From the IMG/VR virus record IMGVR_UViG_3300025159_000001: a DNA stretch of 64,000 bases; one strand, given 5' to 3'. Below, piece by piece: positions 20,518 through 29,242 of this stretch. Made by a program: the position numbers and the translations under genes. Each line of letters begins with the position of its first letter. Position 1 is the stretch's first letter. The notes beneath the pieces are model-generated. The model saw only the letters and a program-made list of their open reading frames with translations. It was not told where the DNA came from and did not search any database. This DNA is from an uncultured virus (IMG/VR IMGVR_UViG_3300025159_000001). Lineage: Duplodnaviria > Heunggongvirae > Uroviricota > Caudoviricetes.

Positions 20518-21030
20518 TTAGTAAATAATTATATTATTATACTTAAGTTCTTCTATATCTTTATCTGGATGATATAGAGTCCCATCGCTGTAAACCTGAA
20601 GATTTAGTGTGGATATTCCTCCACTATCCCCCCTCTCAGTTTTTTCCTTATACAATTCCTTTAATTCGACAAATTCAATACCTGGAATTAATATAGGAAT
20701 AAATAAGAGTTGGGCAATTGCTTCTCCATTTCTAATAAGAATTTCTTCATCTGTAACATTAATAACTTTAACTAATAGTTCTCCCTGATAGCCCTCATCA
20801 ACTATACCACCACCTATAATATAATTACTCCTGCTTTTATTTGTAATCCAACCAAAATATCCTCTTGGTATTTCTACATAAACTCCTGTATGAAATACGA
20901 AAACCTCTCCTGGATATAATTCTCTATATTCCCCTCTCAGTTTAGCATACAGATCTAAACCAGCATCTCTATTATTCTTTCTTGTAGGAAGTTTTGTATC
21001 TTCATCTTCAATTGACATTCTAACAATCAT
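20518..21030 (-). CDS. dut: dUTPase (trimeric)
   Basis: AGLDL, KSR, GIVDEGYQGE, IAQL and RGDSGG motifs. Confidence 0.9.
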   Translation of the reverse strand: MIVRMSIEDEDTKLPTRKNNRDAGLDLYAKLRGEYRELYPGEVFVFHTGVYVEIPRGYFGWITNKSRSNYIIGGGIVDEGYQGELLVKVINVTDEEILIRNGEAIAQLLFIPILIPGIEFVELKELYKEKTERGDSGGISTLNLQVYSDGTLYHPDKDIEELKYNNIIIY

Positions 21031-21042
21031 TTTATATCTCCT

Positions 21043-21285
21043 TTAGATAAACCAACTAAATATTTCCTTTACATTCTCAATAGAATCTGTTATATCTATA
21101 TAAATTTTAGAATGGTATAAAAACTCCTGTCTAAATTCCTCTAAATATTTTCCTAAATCTATTTTAACTTTTTCTAAGTTTTTAGAGGATAATATTATTA
21201 AAAGTTCAGCATTATTTTCATTGTCGTATAATATCACCAAATATTTTCTCATAAGCTTCTTCCACATGCTCCTTTTCCTTTTCAA
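21043..21285 (-). CDS. Hypothetical protein
   Basis: ORF between the MTase and dut; true start probably downstream of 21285. Confidence 0.45.
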   Translation of the reverse strand: MKRKRSMWKKLMRKYLVILYDNENNAELLIILSSKNLEKVKIDLGKYLEEFRQEFLYHSKIYIDITDSIENVKEIFSWFI

Positions 21286-21811
21286 AAGAAATAAAATTTC
21301 TTTTTAGTCTTTTACAAACTTCTGCTACTACAAAAGAACCTGCAAACGGGTCTAAAATTAAATCTCCCTTATTAGAATGATTTAAAATTAAACGTTCTAT
21401 AAGTGATGGGGGTTTTCTAAATGGATGTAGACTCTCATCTACTAAATCTTTAAACACATTTGTATACTGACTCCAATGTCTGTTATTCATCCAAATAGAA
21501 CCTTTAGTATTATAAAAGAAAAGCATTTCCACAAATCTAGAATAACTTTTAGATGTGTTTTTAGTAGAAATGGGTTTAATCCAAAATCCATATTGTTCAG
21601 CAGGTAAAACCCATTGATTTTCAGGTGGACTAAAAACAATTACAACTCCTCTAGAAAGTCTTAGAAATTCCTTGTGCCACTTCAACTTTTCCTCTTCTGA
21701 AAAATCATAGGGTGGATCTGTTAAAATCATATCAACAGACTTATCAGGAAATTGTTCTATTCTCATATAAGAATCTTTAGTCCATAAAACTTTATTTATT
21801 AAATTTTCCAT
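21218..21811 (-). CDS. DNA N6-adenine/N4-cytosine methyltransferase (beta class)
   Basis: TDPPY, HPFRKP and LDPFAGS motifs. Confidence 0.9.
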   Translation of the reverse strand: MENLINKVLWTKDSYMRIEQFPDKSVDMILTDPPYDFSEEEKLKWHKEFLRLSRGVVIVFSPPENQWVLPAEQYGFWIKPISTKNTSKSYSRFVEMLFFYNTKGSIWMNNRHWSQYTNVFKDLVDESLHPFRKPPSLIERLILNHSNKGDLILDPFAGSFVVAEVCKRLKRNFISFEKEKEHVEEAYEKIFGDIIRQ

Positions 21812-21826
21812 GTTTAATCCTTTAAG

Positions 21827-22027
21827 TTACCACAGTTCTATTCTTTTTGGTACAATTTCATTTTTCCTGCCTAAAATAAGTTTAGGATCTATTTTGAAGG
21901 AATCCATAACAGAAATATTTTTTACAGGGGATGAAAAATATCCATCGGAATGTTCCACATAAACAGGTAGATCTCCAAATTCAACTATAACTTTTTTCAA
22001 TTCTTTAATAAGCTCCGATACTTTCAT
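21827..22027 (-). CDS. Hypothetical phage protein
   Basis: MKVSELIKEL...GDLPV pattern of small phage proteins. Confidence 0.55.
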   Translation of the reverse strand: MKVSELIKELKKVIVEFGDLPVYVEHSDGYFSSPVKNISVMDSFKIDPKLILGRKNEIVPKRIELW

Positions 22028-22950
22028 TTCTGTTTTCCTATCAGTTGAAAAGAATATTTAGATTCCTCCTCAACTAGATTAATAAAATCCTCTTTAGTAT
22101 GTCCATCCCAAAAGAAATCTACGGGATCATAACCTTTTTGTTCTATAAAATTCTGAAAACAATATATCTTACAACGTAGCTCTCCTAATACTTTAGCTGA
22201 CTTAATTGCTTCTTCAATACCAGCAACATCATTATCATAAATCAGATAAATCAACTTTTGATTTTTAAATTTATTATACCATTTAGGTAGAATATTTCCA
22301 GATGAGTTTGTACTGATGGCTGGTAAACCATTCTGCATCATAATTATGGCATCAGTTGGCCCTTCTGTAATATAAACAGTATCAACTATTTTCAATATAT
22401 CAGAGTTGTATAGTAGAGAACCCATTTTATAATAACTTCTAATAATCTTTCTAGGATTATCCATTCTCATCTGGAAGTTCATAAAGATACCATCTTCAAA
22501 GAAAGGAATCATAGTGTAATCATTATACCACCCTATTCTAAATTTGTCAATAGTCTCGTCAGAAATTCCTCTTCTATAGAGATAATCTCTTCTTTCTTTA
22601 CTAGAACCTTCTTCATAGAATATCTCTACTAATTTAGGATATACAACTACATCTTCCTTTTCTGTTCTGACATTATAGATAAAGCTTTCAGAATAACTGA
22701 AATCTCTTAGAAACTCTCTAGCACTAGAAAAAGGCATCTTTCTAACTTTGGTTAGATAGATAAGGGCATCTCCTACTATATTCTCTGAATTCCAGTAAAA
22801 GATTCCTTTTTCTGTATCAATAACTAAACTATCATGTTCTACAGATTTTATATATTTTCCTCTGCCCCTTATATTGAGTCCAAAATCTTCTTCTACTAAT
22901 TTCATTAGAATAGGAGTATTTTCATTCATTTCTGCCCTCTTTAAATACAA
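22024..22950 (-). CDS. DNA primase (TOPRIM)
   Basis: YLYRRGI, YITEGPTDA, YDND and YDP motifs; N-terminal primase-like domain. Confidence 0.85.
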   Translation of the reverse strand: MYLKRAEMNENTPILMKLVEEDFGLNIRGRGKYIKSVEHDSLVIDTEKGIFYWNSENIVGDALIYLTKVRKMPFSSAREFLRDFSYSESFIYNVRTEKEDVVVYPKLVEIFYEEGSSKERRDYLYRRGISDETIDKFRIGWYNDYTMIPFFEDGIFMNFQMRMDNPRKIIRSYYKMGSLLYNSDILKIVDTVYITEGPTDAIIMMQNGLPAISTNSSGNILPKWYNKFKNQKLIYLIYDNDVAGIEEAIKSAKVLGELRCKIYCFQNFIEQKGYDPVDFFWDGHTKEDFINLVEEESKYSFQLIGKQK

Positions 22951-23232
22951 CCAAGGATTCTACACAGTTCCATAACTGCTATACCTACTATATAACAGAT
23001 TATAGTAAAGAAAATTACAAGTAATATTAATAACCCTACTTTATCTTCACCGTCACTCATTAGCTTTTTCTTTTCTTCTTCTTGCTCTTCTTAATTCCTC
23101 ACTTTTTTCCTTTTGTTTCTCTACTATAGTAAAAATTGATCGACCATCAACTACCATTTTGGCCCTGTTTTTCTTTTTTCTTTCTCTTCTTAAAGCTCGT
23201 TCTAGCTTAGATATATTGATTCTCATATTATA

Positions 23233-23427
23233 CTAATCTATTTTTTCCCCTTTAAAACCACTTTTCTTTCTAACAGAATTAGCTAAGTCTCCATCTATCT
23301 CTTCTTTTTTACCCATATTAATACTGAATACTCTACCACATACTTCACAGAACCAATATAAATAAGACCCCTCTTCTAAATCTATTCTAGTCAATGTTAA
23401 ACAAGTATGGCAAAAATTACATTTCAT
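23233..23427 (-). CDS. Zn-ribbon protein
   Basis: CNFC...CEVC. Confidence 0.55.
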   Translation of the reverse strand: MKCNFCHTCLTLTRIDLEEGSYLYWFCEVCGRVFSINMGKKEEIDGDLANSVRKKSGFKGEKID

Positions 23428-23431
23428 ATTA

Positions 23432-23908
23432 TTAAAGACGTTTCCTTTGAATTGTAACTATTTTTGGGTATTGTTTAATTCTTAATAATATTACAATAAT
23501 TTCCTCTAAATCACACTGAATTAATCTTGGGACTATATAATTATGCATAATTCCAATTCTTCCCCCAGGTTTTACTAATCTTACTAATTCAGAAGTCCAG
23601 ACGCTCCATTTAGGATATTCTACATTATAAAGCTTATCAGCAAATTCTGGTGTATAAGGCGGGTCTGCCATACCTCCATTAAAACTATTACTTTGTAATG
23701 GAACACAATGAACATCACAAATCAAACCTGGCTTTGTTTCTGGTTTAATATCAATTCTAAACCCAGTTTCAGACAATCCAGCAAAGAAGTGAACATAATC
23801 TGTAGTTTCTAAAATGCGTGGTAAATGCTTTTCAAAATACTTTGGATAACAACCAGGGTATTTACTTGCTGGTCTTGGTAAATACATAATTGAAGTTTTT
23901 AATGTCAT
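23432..23908 (-). CDS. Small amino-methyltransferase-like protein
   Basis: YPGCYP, HFFAG, DIKPE and ADPPY motifs. Confidence 0.7.
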   Translation of the reverse strand: MTLKTSIMYLPRPASKYPGCYPKYFEKHLPRILETTDYVHFFAGLSETGFRIDIKPETKPGLICDVHCVPLQSNSFNGGMADPPYTPEFADKLYNVEYPKWSVWTSELVRLVKPGGRIGIMHNYIVPRLIQCDLEEIIVILLRIKQYPKIVTIQRKRL

Positions 23909-24019
23909 CTAACCTCAACTATACTAATAAGTACAGAACCTAAAACTATACATATAAAAATTATAGCTAATATAACAGGCCAAAGTTGTTTTACAGATTC
24001 CATTAAATATTGACTCCTC

Positions 24020-24979
24020 TTATCCGACTAAACCTTCTTTATATCCATTATCCGTAACAAATATAATTTCACTTTTCTCTCGCAACTCTTGTAAATTTCT
24101 TGCTCCAACATAATAACATGCAAGTTTTATTGCTTCCTCAATCTCTTTCAAAATATCAACTACAGAGCCTTTTGGAGTTATGCTTTTAGTAATACCTTCA
24201 GGAATAGTATCATTTTTACCAATTCCATTTCTTGCGTCTCTACTTGCCATACCACGATAAACTTTTTTACCTAATATTGGAACTTCCTGACAACCTGATA
24301 GCATACCACCAAGCATTACAAAATCTGCACCAAGAGCTAATGCTTTGACTATATCCGCGGTTGTTTTATGACCACCATCAGAGATTAGAGTTATCCCCTC
24401 ACCAGCAGGAAAATATTTTCTAATCGTCTTTATTGCTGAGGCTTGCGGCATACCTACACCGGCAACAGTTCTAGTCGTGCAAGCACTTCCTGAACCAACT
24501 CCTACACGAAAATCTCTTACTCCAATCTTTGCATAATCATTTATTGCAATTGGAGTAACTACATTTCCAGAGATAACTGTACACCCATTTCTTATTAGTT
24601 GTGCACAAAAATCTAAATTCTTTTTAGTATGTCCATGAGCCACATCTAGAATAACCAGAGGGTATTGACCTAAACCCCCAACGAAACTCATAACATAATC
24701 TATTCCCATAGATGGGGAAACTGCAATGCCCCCAGGAATAGAACCCGCTTTGAATAGTTCTCCCCAATCGCAATACCTATGATGGAATCCTAAACCCCCT
24801 GCTTTATAGATTGCATCCATCATCTCTATCTCTGTAATTGTATCCATTGGAGATGACATTACAGGGACGCTCAAACAATACCAATGGAAATAAGAGCGAA
24901 TATCTACATCTTCACGTTCAAGGTCAGAATATTCAGGTAAAATAAGAATATCATCAAAAGTATAGGACTTAGTATTCAT
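24020..24979 (-). CDS. GMP reductase / IMP dehydrogenase family (no CBS domain)
   Basis: TFDDILILP, SSPMDT, LDVAHGH, GVGSGSACTTR, SDGG, ADFVMLG and YRGMAS motifs. Confidence 0.85.
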   Translation of the reverse strand: MNTKSYTFDDILILPEYSDLEREDVDIRSYFHWYCLSVPVMSSPMDTITEIEMMDAIYKAGGLGFHHRYCDWGELFKAGSIPGGIAVSPSMGIDYVMSFVGGLGQYPLVILDVAHGHTKKNLDFCAQLIRNGCTVISGNVVTPIAINDYAKIGVRDFRVGVGSGSACTTRTVAGVGMPQASAIKTIRKYFPAGEGITLISDGGHKTTADIVKALALGADFVMLGGMLSGCQEVPILGKKVYRGMASRDARNGIGKNDTIPEGITKSITPKGSVVDILKEIEEAIKLACYYVGARNLQELREKSEIIFVTDNGYKEGLVG

Positions 24980-25632
24980 AAGATCTCATCAACCAATCCC
25001 AACTTTAAACATTCATCAGCACCAAACCAAGAATCGTGATCTAAAAGTTTTCTAACTTCTTCTTCGTTCATTTTTGTATTTTTAAGGTAGAATTTTACTA
25101 ATGTTTCCATCAAACCTTCTTGTAGCTTCATCTCATCTATAAAATCCCTATGTTTTCCCCACATAACTGTAGAAAATTGATGTATTAACATATAACCACT
25201 TGGTAGGATAAATCTTTTACTACACACGGTAGAAATTAAAGTAGCCGCACTTGCACAAACACCCTCAACAATTGAATATATAGGACTACTAATCTTAGAT
25301 AGTTGATCTGCCATAGCAAAACCAGCAAATAAGTCTCCACCATTAGATTGAATATGTAACCAGATTGGCATATTGAAATCTTTTGGCAACATTCTACTAT
25401 CTTTCTCATTTCTCAATTGACTATCAATCTCCCTAATCCTTCTAATTAAAGCTAGTGTTCTATCTGTATCTACATCAGCGTAGAAATAAACATGATTATC
25501 TATGCTTTCCACAGTTAGCTTTGGGGGAGCATCTGAACCCGATTTAGGAGATTCCATTCTTTTCTCAAAAGCCTTAACTGCTCTTTCTCCTAAATCATAA
25601 AAAGTACCTTGATTAGAAAATCTTGAGAACAT
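24976..25632 (-). CDS. ClpP-like serine protease
   Basis: IQSNGG, CASAAT, MLIHQ, DSWF and LGLVDEI motifs. Confidence 0.85.
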   Translation of the reverse strand: MFSRFSNQGTFYDLGERAVKAFEKRMESPKSGSDAPPKLTVESIDNHVYFYADVDTDRTLALIRRIREIDSQLRNEKDSRMLPKDFNMPIWLHIQSNGGDLFAGFAMADQLSKISSPIYSIVEGVCASAATLISTVCSKRFILPSGYMLIHQFSTVMWGKHRDFIDEMKLQEGLMETLVKFYLKNTKMNEEEVRKLLDHDSWFGADECLKLGLVDEIL

Positions 25633-25710
25633 ATTTTCTCCTATTTAGTAAAGATTAGAATAATAGTTATGATTACCAATAGAATAGTAAGATTGGCAAA
25701 TAGAACTCTT

Positions 25711-25929
25711 TTACTCATTTATTCTCTCTAAGTAATTAGCTACATGCTTAGCTCTAGCTATATCCCATTCTTTCTCAAATCCTAATTCTTTTGCTCTTTC
25801 AGTAATTTCTTCTCTACCAAAAGAGAAATTTAGAGGATTTTCATCAATAGCTTCTAGAGTTTCAATTAATTCTTCTATATAGGGTTTAACATTATCATCA
25901 TACCAACTACCAACATAATCTATGTCCAT
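25711..25929 (-). CDS. Hypothetical protein
   Basis: 72-aa ORF with AAGGAG RBS, directly downstream of the RNA cassette. Confidence 0.6.
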   Translation of the reverse strand: MDIDYVGSWYDDNVKPYIEELIETLEAIDENPLNFSFGREEITERAKELGFEKEWDIARAKHVANYLERINE

Positions 25930-25961
25930 TTTATAAATCTCCTTTTCTTCTTTTATAGATT

Positions 25962-26021
25962 TCAGCTTGCATATCTATATCGAAATAGATGTACCACAGG
26001 TTTTTTTGCTGTATGTAAGCT
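25962..26021 (-). ncRNA. ACAGCAA stem-loop repeat unit A (T-loop-like hairpin)
   Basis: AGCTTACAT-ACAGCAAAAAAA-CCTGTGGTAC-ATCTAT[TTCGAT]ATAGAT-ATGCAAGCT-GA. Confidence 0.6.
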
Positions 26022-26039
26022 ATATTAATTTTTTATAGA

Positions 26040-26095
26040 TCAGACTACATAAAATTGATTTCAAGTCAGTTTGTATTTTTTGCTGTTTGTAGTCT
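26040..26095 (-). ncRNA. ACAGCAA stem-loop repeat unit B (Ser-UGA anticodon-like loop)
   Basis: AGACTACA-A-ACAGCAAAAAA-TAC-AAACTGA[CTTGAAA]TCAATTT-TA-TGTAGTCT-GA. Confidence 0.65.
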
Positions 26096-26110
26096 TATTA
26101 TTTTCCAAAA

Positions 26111-26296
26111 TTGAAGAGGCAGGATTTGAACCTGCTATGGGTTGTTCTTCCTTCTGAGGTTACTTGAGAGTTCTTCCAGCCATTCCTCCGATTTAGTTAC
26201 TGATCCGTTTCTCAGGAATCTCCAACTTTTGCGTTGGCTACATCTATATCGCTACCTTAGGCTACCACAATATGTTCCCACCATATCGCTCTTCAA
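26111..26296 (-). ncRNA. 186-nt tRNA-like RNA with a large structured insert in place of the anticodon loop
   Basis: 8-bp acceptor TTGAAGAG/CTCTTCAA, D arm ATATG[GTGGGAA]CATAT, T arm GCAGG[TTCAAAT]CCTGC. Confidence 0.7.
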
Positions 26297-26315
26297 TATT
26301 CAATTATTAAAGTAA

Positions 26316-26366
26316 TCAGATTGCTTGGTTTATCTTAGACAGGATAATTTGTTGCTGTAAGCAATC
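26316..26366 (-). ncRNA. ACAGCAA stem-loop repeat unit C (Asp-GUC-like loop)
   Basis: GATTGCTT-ACAGCAA-CAAA-TTATC[CTGTCTAA]GATAA-ACC-AAGCAATC-TGA. Confidence 0.65.
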
Positions 26367-26390
26367 ATAACCCAGTGACGAAACATTGAT

Positions 26391-26419
26391 AGTATAGCAC
26401 ACACCTATACAGTTGTCAA
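26391..26419 (-). promoter_or_regulatory. Sigma70-type promoter upstream of the RNA cassette
   Basis: TTGACA-N17-TATACT with extended -10 TG. Confidence 0.85.
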
Positions 26420-26451
26420 GGCATTTTTACCCTTTTAATCAAACTCTAATA

Positions 26452-26775
26452 TTACTTTCTGTAGCCTCTAATATACTCTCTCAGAGGTCTATAACCTGCA
26501 TTGTAAGCTACTAGAGACACTAGAGTAGATAAGAACGCTTGTAATAGAACCCTAGCAAACTCTAACCAACTTGTAGGCATACCATATCCTTCAAAGCCCA
26601 AGAAAGCCAATAGGGGCACTACTGCAATCTCTAACACGGGAAGGAAAAGAGTATATACCCAAGGCGGGAAAGAATAACTTGGATCTTTGATAACAAACTT
26701 TCTCCATACCCATTTCAACAACTGTAGAACAGCCATAGCTAAAGCGCCTGCATAAAGAATAACTTCTGTACTCAT
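26452..26775 (-). CDS. Membrane protein, ~3 transmembrane segments (holin-like)
   Basis: Three hydrophobic segments and a basic C-terminus. Confidence 0.5.
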   Translation of the reverse strand: MSTEVILYAGALAMAVLQLLKWVWRKFVIKDPSYSFPPWVYTLFLPVLEIAVVPLLAFLGFEGYGMPTSWLEFARVLLQAFLSTLVSLVAYNAGYRPLREYIRGYRK

Positions 26776-26788
26776 TTTAAATCTCCTT

Positions 26789-27403
26789 TTAATTTAATTT
26801 TTTAAAAATCTCTTCTGAAATATTTATTGCAATTTTCTTTAGATCTTCTAGTGTAGTTGAAAGATTATTTACAACAATAAAATCATAAACACTTTTACTA
26901 TCTAAAGAAGTTTCACTAATATCTGAACTTAACGAACCATTTAAATTTCCTCTACCATCTGATAAGACTTTAACTGTAAATACATATAATTGTGTAACCT
27001 CCTTTAATCTTTCCTCTTCATTAGGATACCTCCAATCATCTATAATAACAAGGTCGTCCAAAAAAAGACTTCCATCCAAATAATCTATAACACAATTAAC
27101 CCAAAGATTTTCATCATATTCTCTACCAGCATTTCCTATATTCTGCAAAAGTTTTCTACCTCTCTCATCTTTCACACCATCCCAATTAAAATAATCTCTG
27201 GCGCAGTCTTTAACTCCCTCTGCAAAAGGAAAAATATCAGAGGAAAAATCTTCTCTAAGAAAATAATCCATAAGATATTCAGCTAGGGTTGTTTTTCCTA
27301 CGCCTGCCTTACCTGAAATCAAAATTACAACAGAATATTTATCTAAAAAATCTAATTGTGTTTGAATAAGAGTATCCATATTAAACTTCCTCCTTATATT
27401 CAC
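26789..27403 (-). CDS. Deoxynucleoside monophosphate kinase-like P-loop protein
   Basis: SGKAGVGKTT, FAxxVK, RKLLQxxG, IDDWRYPNE and SETSLD motifs. Confidence 0.75.
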   Translation of the reverse strand: MNIRRKFNMDTLIQTQLDFLDKYSVVILISGKAGVGKTTLAEYLMDYFLREDFSSDIFPFAEGVKDCARDYFNWDGVKDERGRKLLQNIGNAGREYDENLWVNCVIDYLDGSLFLDDLVIIDDWRYPNEEERLKEVTQLYVFTVKVLSDGRGNLNGSLSSDISETSLDSKSVYDFIVVNNLSTTLEDLKKIAINISEEIFKKLN

Positions 27404-27590
27404 TTAAAAGTCCTTCTAAAACCTTTGGATGCATTAAACCTCTATATAACATAAATTTTAAGATAGCAAAAAGGTTAAATGTTGGAATAATGATAGAATC
27501 CGAAGTTGTGACAAAAAATCTACTGTTTCTAGCCTTTTTTATAATATACACATCATTATCATCTAGTTTGAAAATCTGTATTTTATCCAT
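27381..27590 (-). CDS. Hypothetical protein
   Basis: 69-aa ORF with GGAG RBS. Confidence 0.55.
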   Translation of the reverse strand: MDKIQIFKLDDNDVYIIKKARNSRFFVTTSDSIIIPTFNLFAILKFMLYRGLMHPKVLEGLLSEYKEEV

Positions 27591-27601
27591 TATAATTTCT
27601 C

Positions 27602-28222
27602 CTAATTATCATAATCCCAATCTAACCATTCTAAAGTTGTTTTTCCAAGCCAACCTTTTTCCCAAACAAATATTCCATAAGCATCTGCATTACTTTTTCT
27701 ATCTCCTGTGAAACTTACCCTTCTAGTAGAAACTAAAACTTGTTTAGGATTTAGTCCTTTAGAGGGGGAGTAGTATTTACTATATCTTTTTTTACTTTCT
27801 AATAAAGAAAGTTTTAAAAGAAATACTAACCAACCTTTATCTTCTAATAAATCTAAACTTTTATCAATAAATTCCTCACTATGTTTATAAGGAGGGTTGC
27901 CTATAATTAAAGTATACTTAGAATCGGTTTCCCAAGATAAAAAATCAGTGTTTTTATACCAGGTATCATAATAAACAGGCTTTTCCACATTTCTAAGCTC
28001 TACACCAGTTATATTAGCGGGGGATTTAACTATTCTAACGGCTTTCCCCCAAACTCCTCCTCCCGCACCTGGATCTAAAACCTCTGCAATCCAATTTCTA
28101 CGAGGAATGAGTATTAACTTCTTAACTAAAACTGCTTCACATAATTCATAGGGTGTAGGATAGAAATCGTTTTCTTTTCTTTTAGGTAAATCTTTTTTAT
28201 TATCTATATAGAGAGTTGGCAT
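27602..28222 (-). CDS. DNA adenine methyltransferase (gamma-type motif order)
   Basis: DFYPTP, LDPGAGGG, then GNPPY. Confidence 0.85.
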   Translation of the reverse strand: MPTLYIDNKKDLPKRKENDFYPTPYELCEAVLVKKLILIPRRNWIAEVLDPGAGGGVWGKAVRIVKSPANITGVELRNVEKPVYYDTWYKNTDFLSWETDSKYTLIIGNPPYKHSEEFIDKSLDLLEDKGWLVFLLKLSLLESKKRYSKYYSPSKGLNPKQVLVSTRRVSFTGDRKSNADAYGIFVWEKGWLGKTTLEWLDWDYDN

Positions 28223-28229
28223 AATCCAC

Positions 28230-28553
28230 CTACATAACTAATTCACTACCAAATTTTACTTCTTCGGCTTCAATTTCATCTTCTAAGAATAGATTACCAC
28301 TGACTTTCTCTAAATAGATAGAAAGAGTTAAAAAAGCACTAGCATAGGCTCTATCTAAATTTTCATTAGTAGCAGATGAAGCTATAGATTTCTCTTCCCA
28401 AGTTTCTCCACCATCTATAGAGCGTTTCTGTATAATTTTATAACTTACTCTCCAGAAATCATTTTTATCTTTTTTACAAAGGACTTCAGAATCTAAAATA
28501 TAACCATTATACTCATCGTCAGATTTGAACATTATATTGATTTCCTCAACCAT
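28230..28553 (-). CDS. Hypothetical protein
   Basis: 107-aa ORF. Confidence 0.55.
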   Translation of the reverse strand: MVEEINIMFKSDDEYNGYILDSEVLCKKDKNDFWRVSYKIIQKRSIDGGETWEEKSIASSATNENLDRAYASAFLTLSIYLEKVSGNLFLEDEIEAEEVKFGSELVM

Positions 28554-29242
28554 TTCCTAGTAAAATCTAATTTATTATGTAACTTCTCAGTTATTATAAC
28601 ATCATAAATATTATGTTCTATAACTATAGCTAAAGCCTCTTTATCTCCATATTTTGCTTTTCTCCATATTTCTTTGTCAATCTTAGTTTTACCATTTATA
28701 CCTAAATAATCACAAACATTATCTAAAGATTTTCTTGTCAATCTTAGTTTAGCTTTTGCAGTAAAATATAGATCCCAATGAAACAATTCTCCATAACCAG
28801 GAAAATCTATCCCATAATGCAAAGCTTTGGCTCTAATAAAGGGTAAATCAAATCTTTCAGAATAATAACCAATTATAATTTTATGTTTTGAAAGTTCTCT
28901 AACTAATTCTTCTACTAATTTTTTATCTCCAGTTCCATTAAATAATTCTTCTTTACTTATTACGGATGTAATTACAGGGCCGTCTTTTACTTTTACTGCC
29001 CAAGACAACATTGTACCAAAATCTGCAAAAAGTCCGTCAGTTTCTATATCGAAATAAGCTATGGAGTATTCTGGATATTGATACCAAGGGTTTTCAGTAA
29101 GTTTTTCAAAAGTCCGGTCATCAGGCCATTTAATTCTACCTTTAGCAAAACATTGTGGATGTTCCTCAATAGTATGTCTATGTATACAACGTAATTCTCT
29201 ACTATATTTTCTAGATTTTGCAACTGCTTCTACTAAATTCAT
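28532..29242 (-). CDS. DEDD/RNase H-like 3'-5' exonuclease (YprB-like)
   Basis: FDIET, FDLPFI, HWDL, SLDNV and HNIYDV motifs. Confidence 0.85.
   Translation of the reverse strand: MNLVEAVAKSRKYSRELRCIHRHTIEEHPQCFAKGRIKWPDDRTFEKLTENPWYQYPEYSIAYFDIETDGLFADFGTMLSWAVKVKDGPVITSVISKEELFNGTGDKKLVEELVRELSKHKIIIGYYSERFDLPFIRAKALHYGIDFPGYGELFHWDLYFTAKAKLRLTRKSLDNVCDYLGINGKTKIDKEIWRKAKYGDKEALAIVIEHNIYDVIITEKLHNKLDFTRKWLRKSI

Noticed and set aside
26111..26296. tRNA-Sec (selC) call
   Set aside because: The 8/5 fold is similar, but there is no UCA anticodon arm; the TTCAAAT here is the T loop.
25962..26366. CRISPR mini-array
   Set aside because: The units share only a 7-nt core and a structure, not identical direct repeats; spacing is irregular and no cas genes are present.
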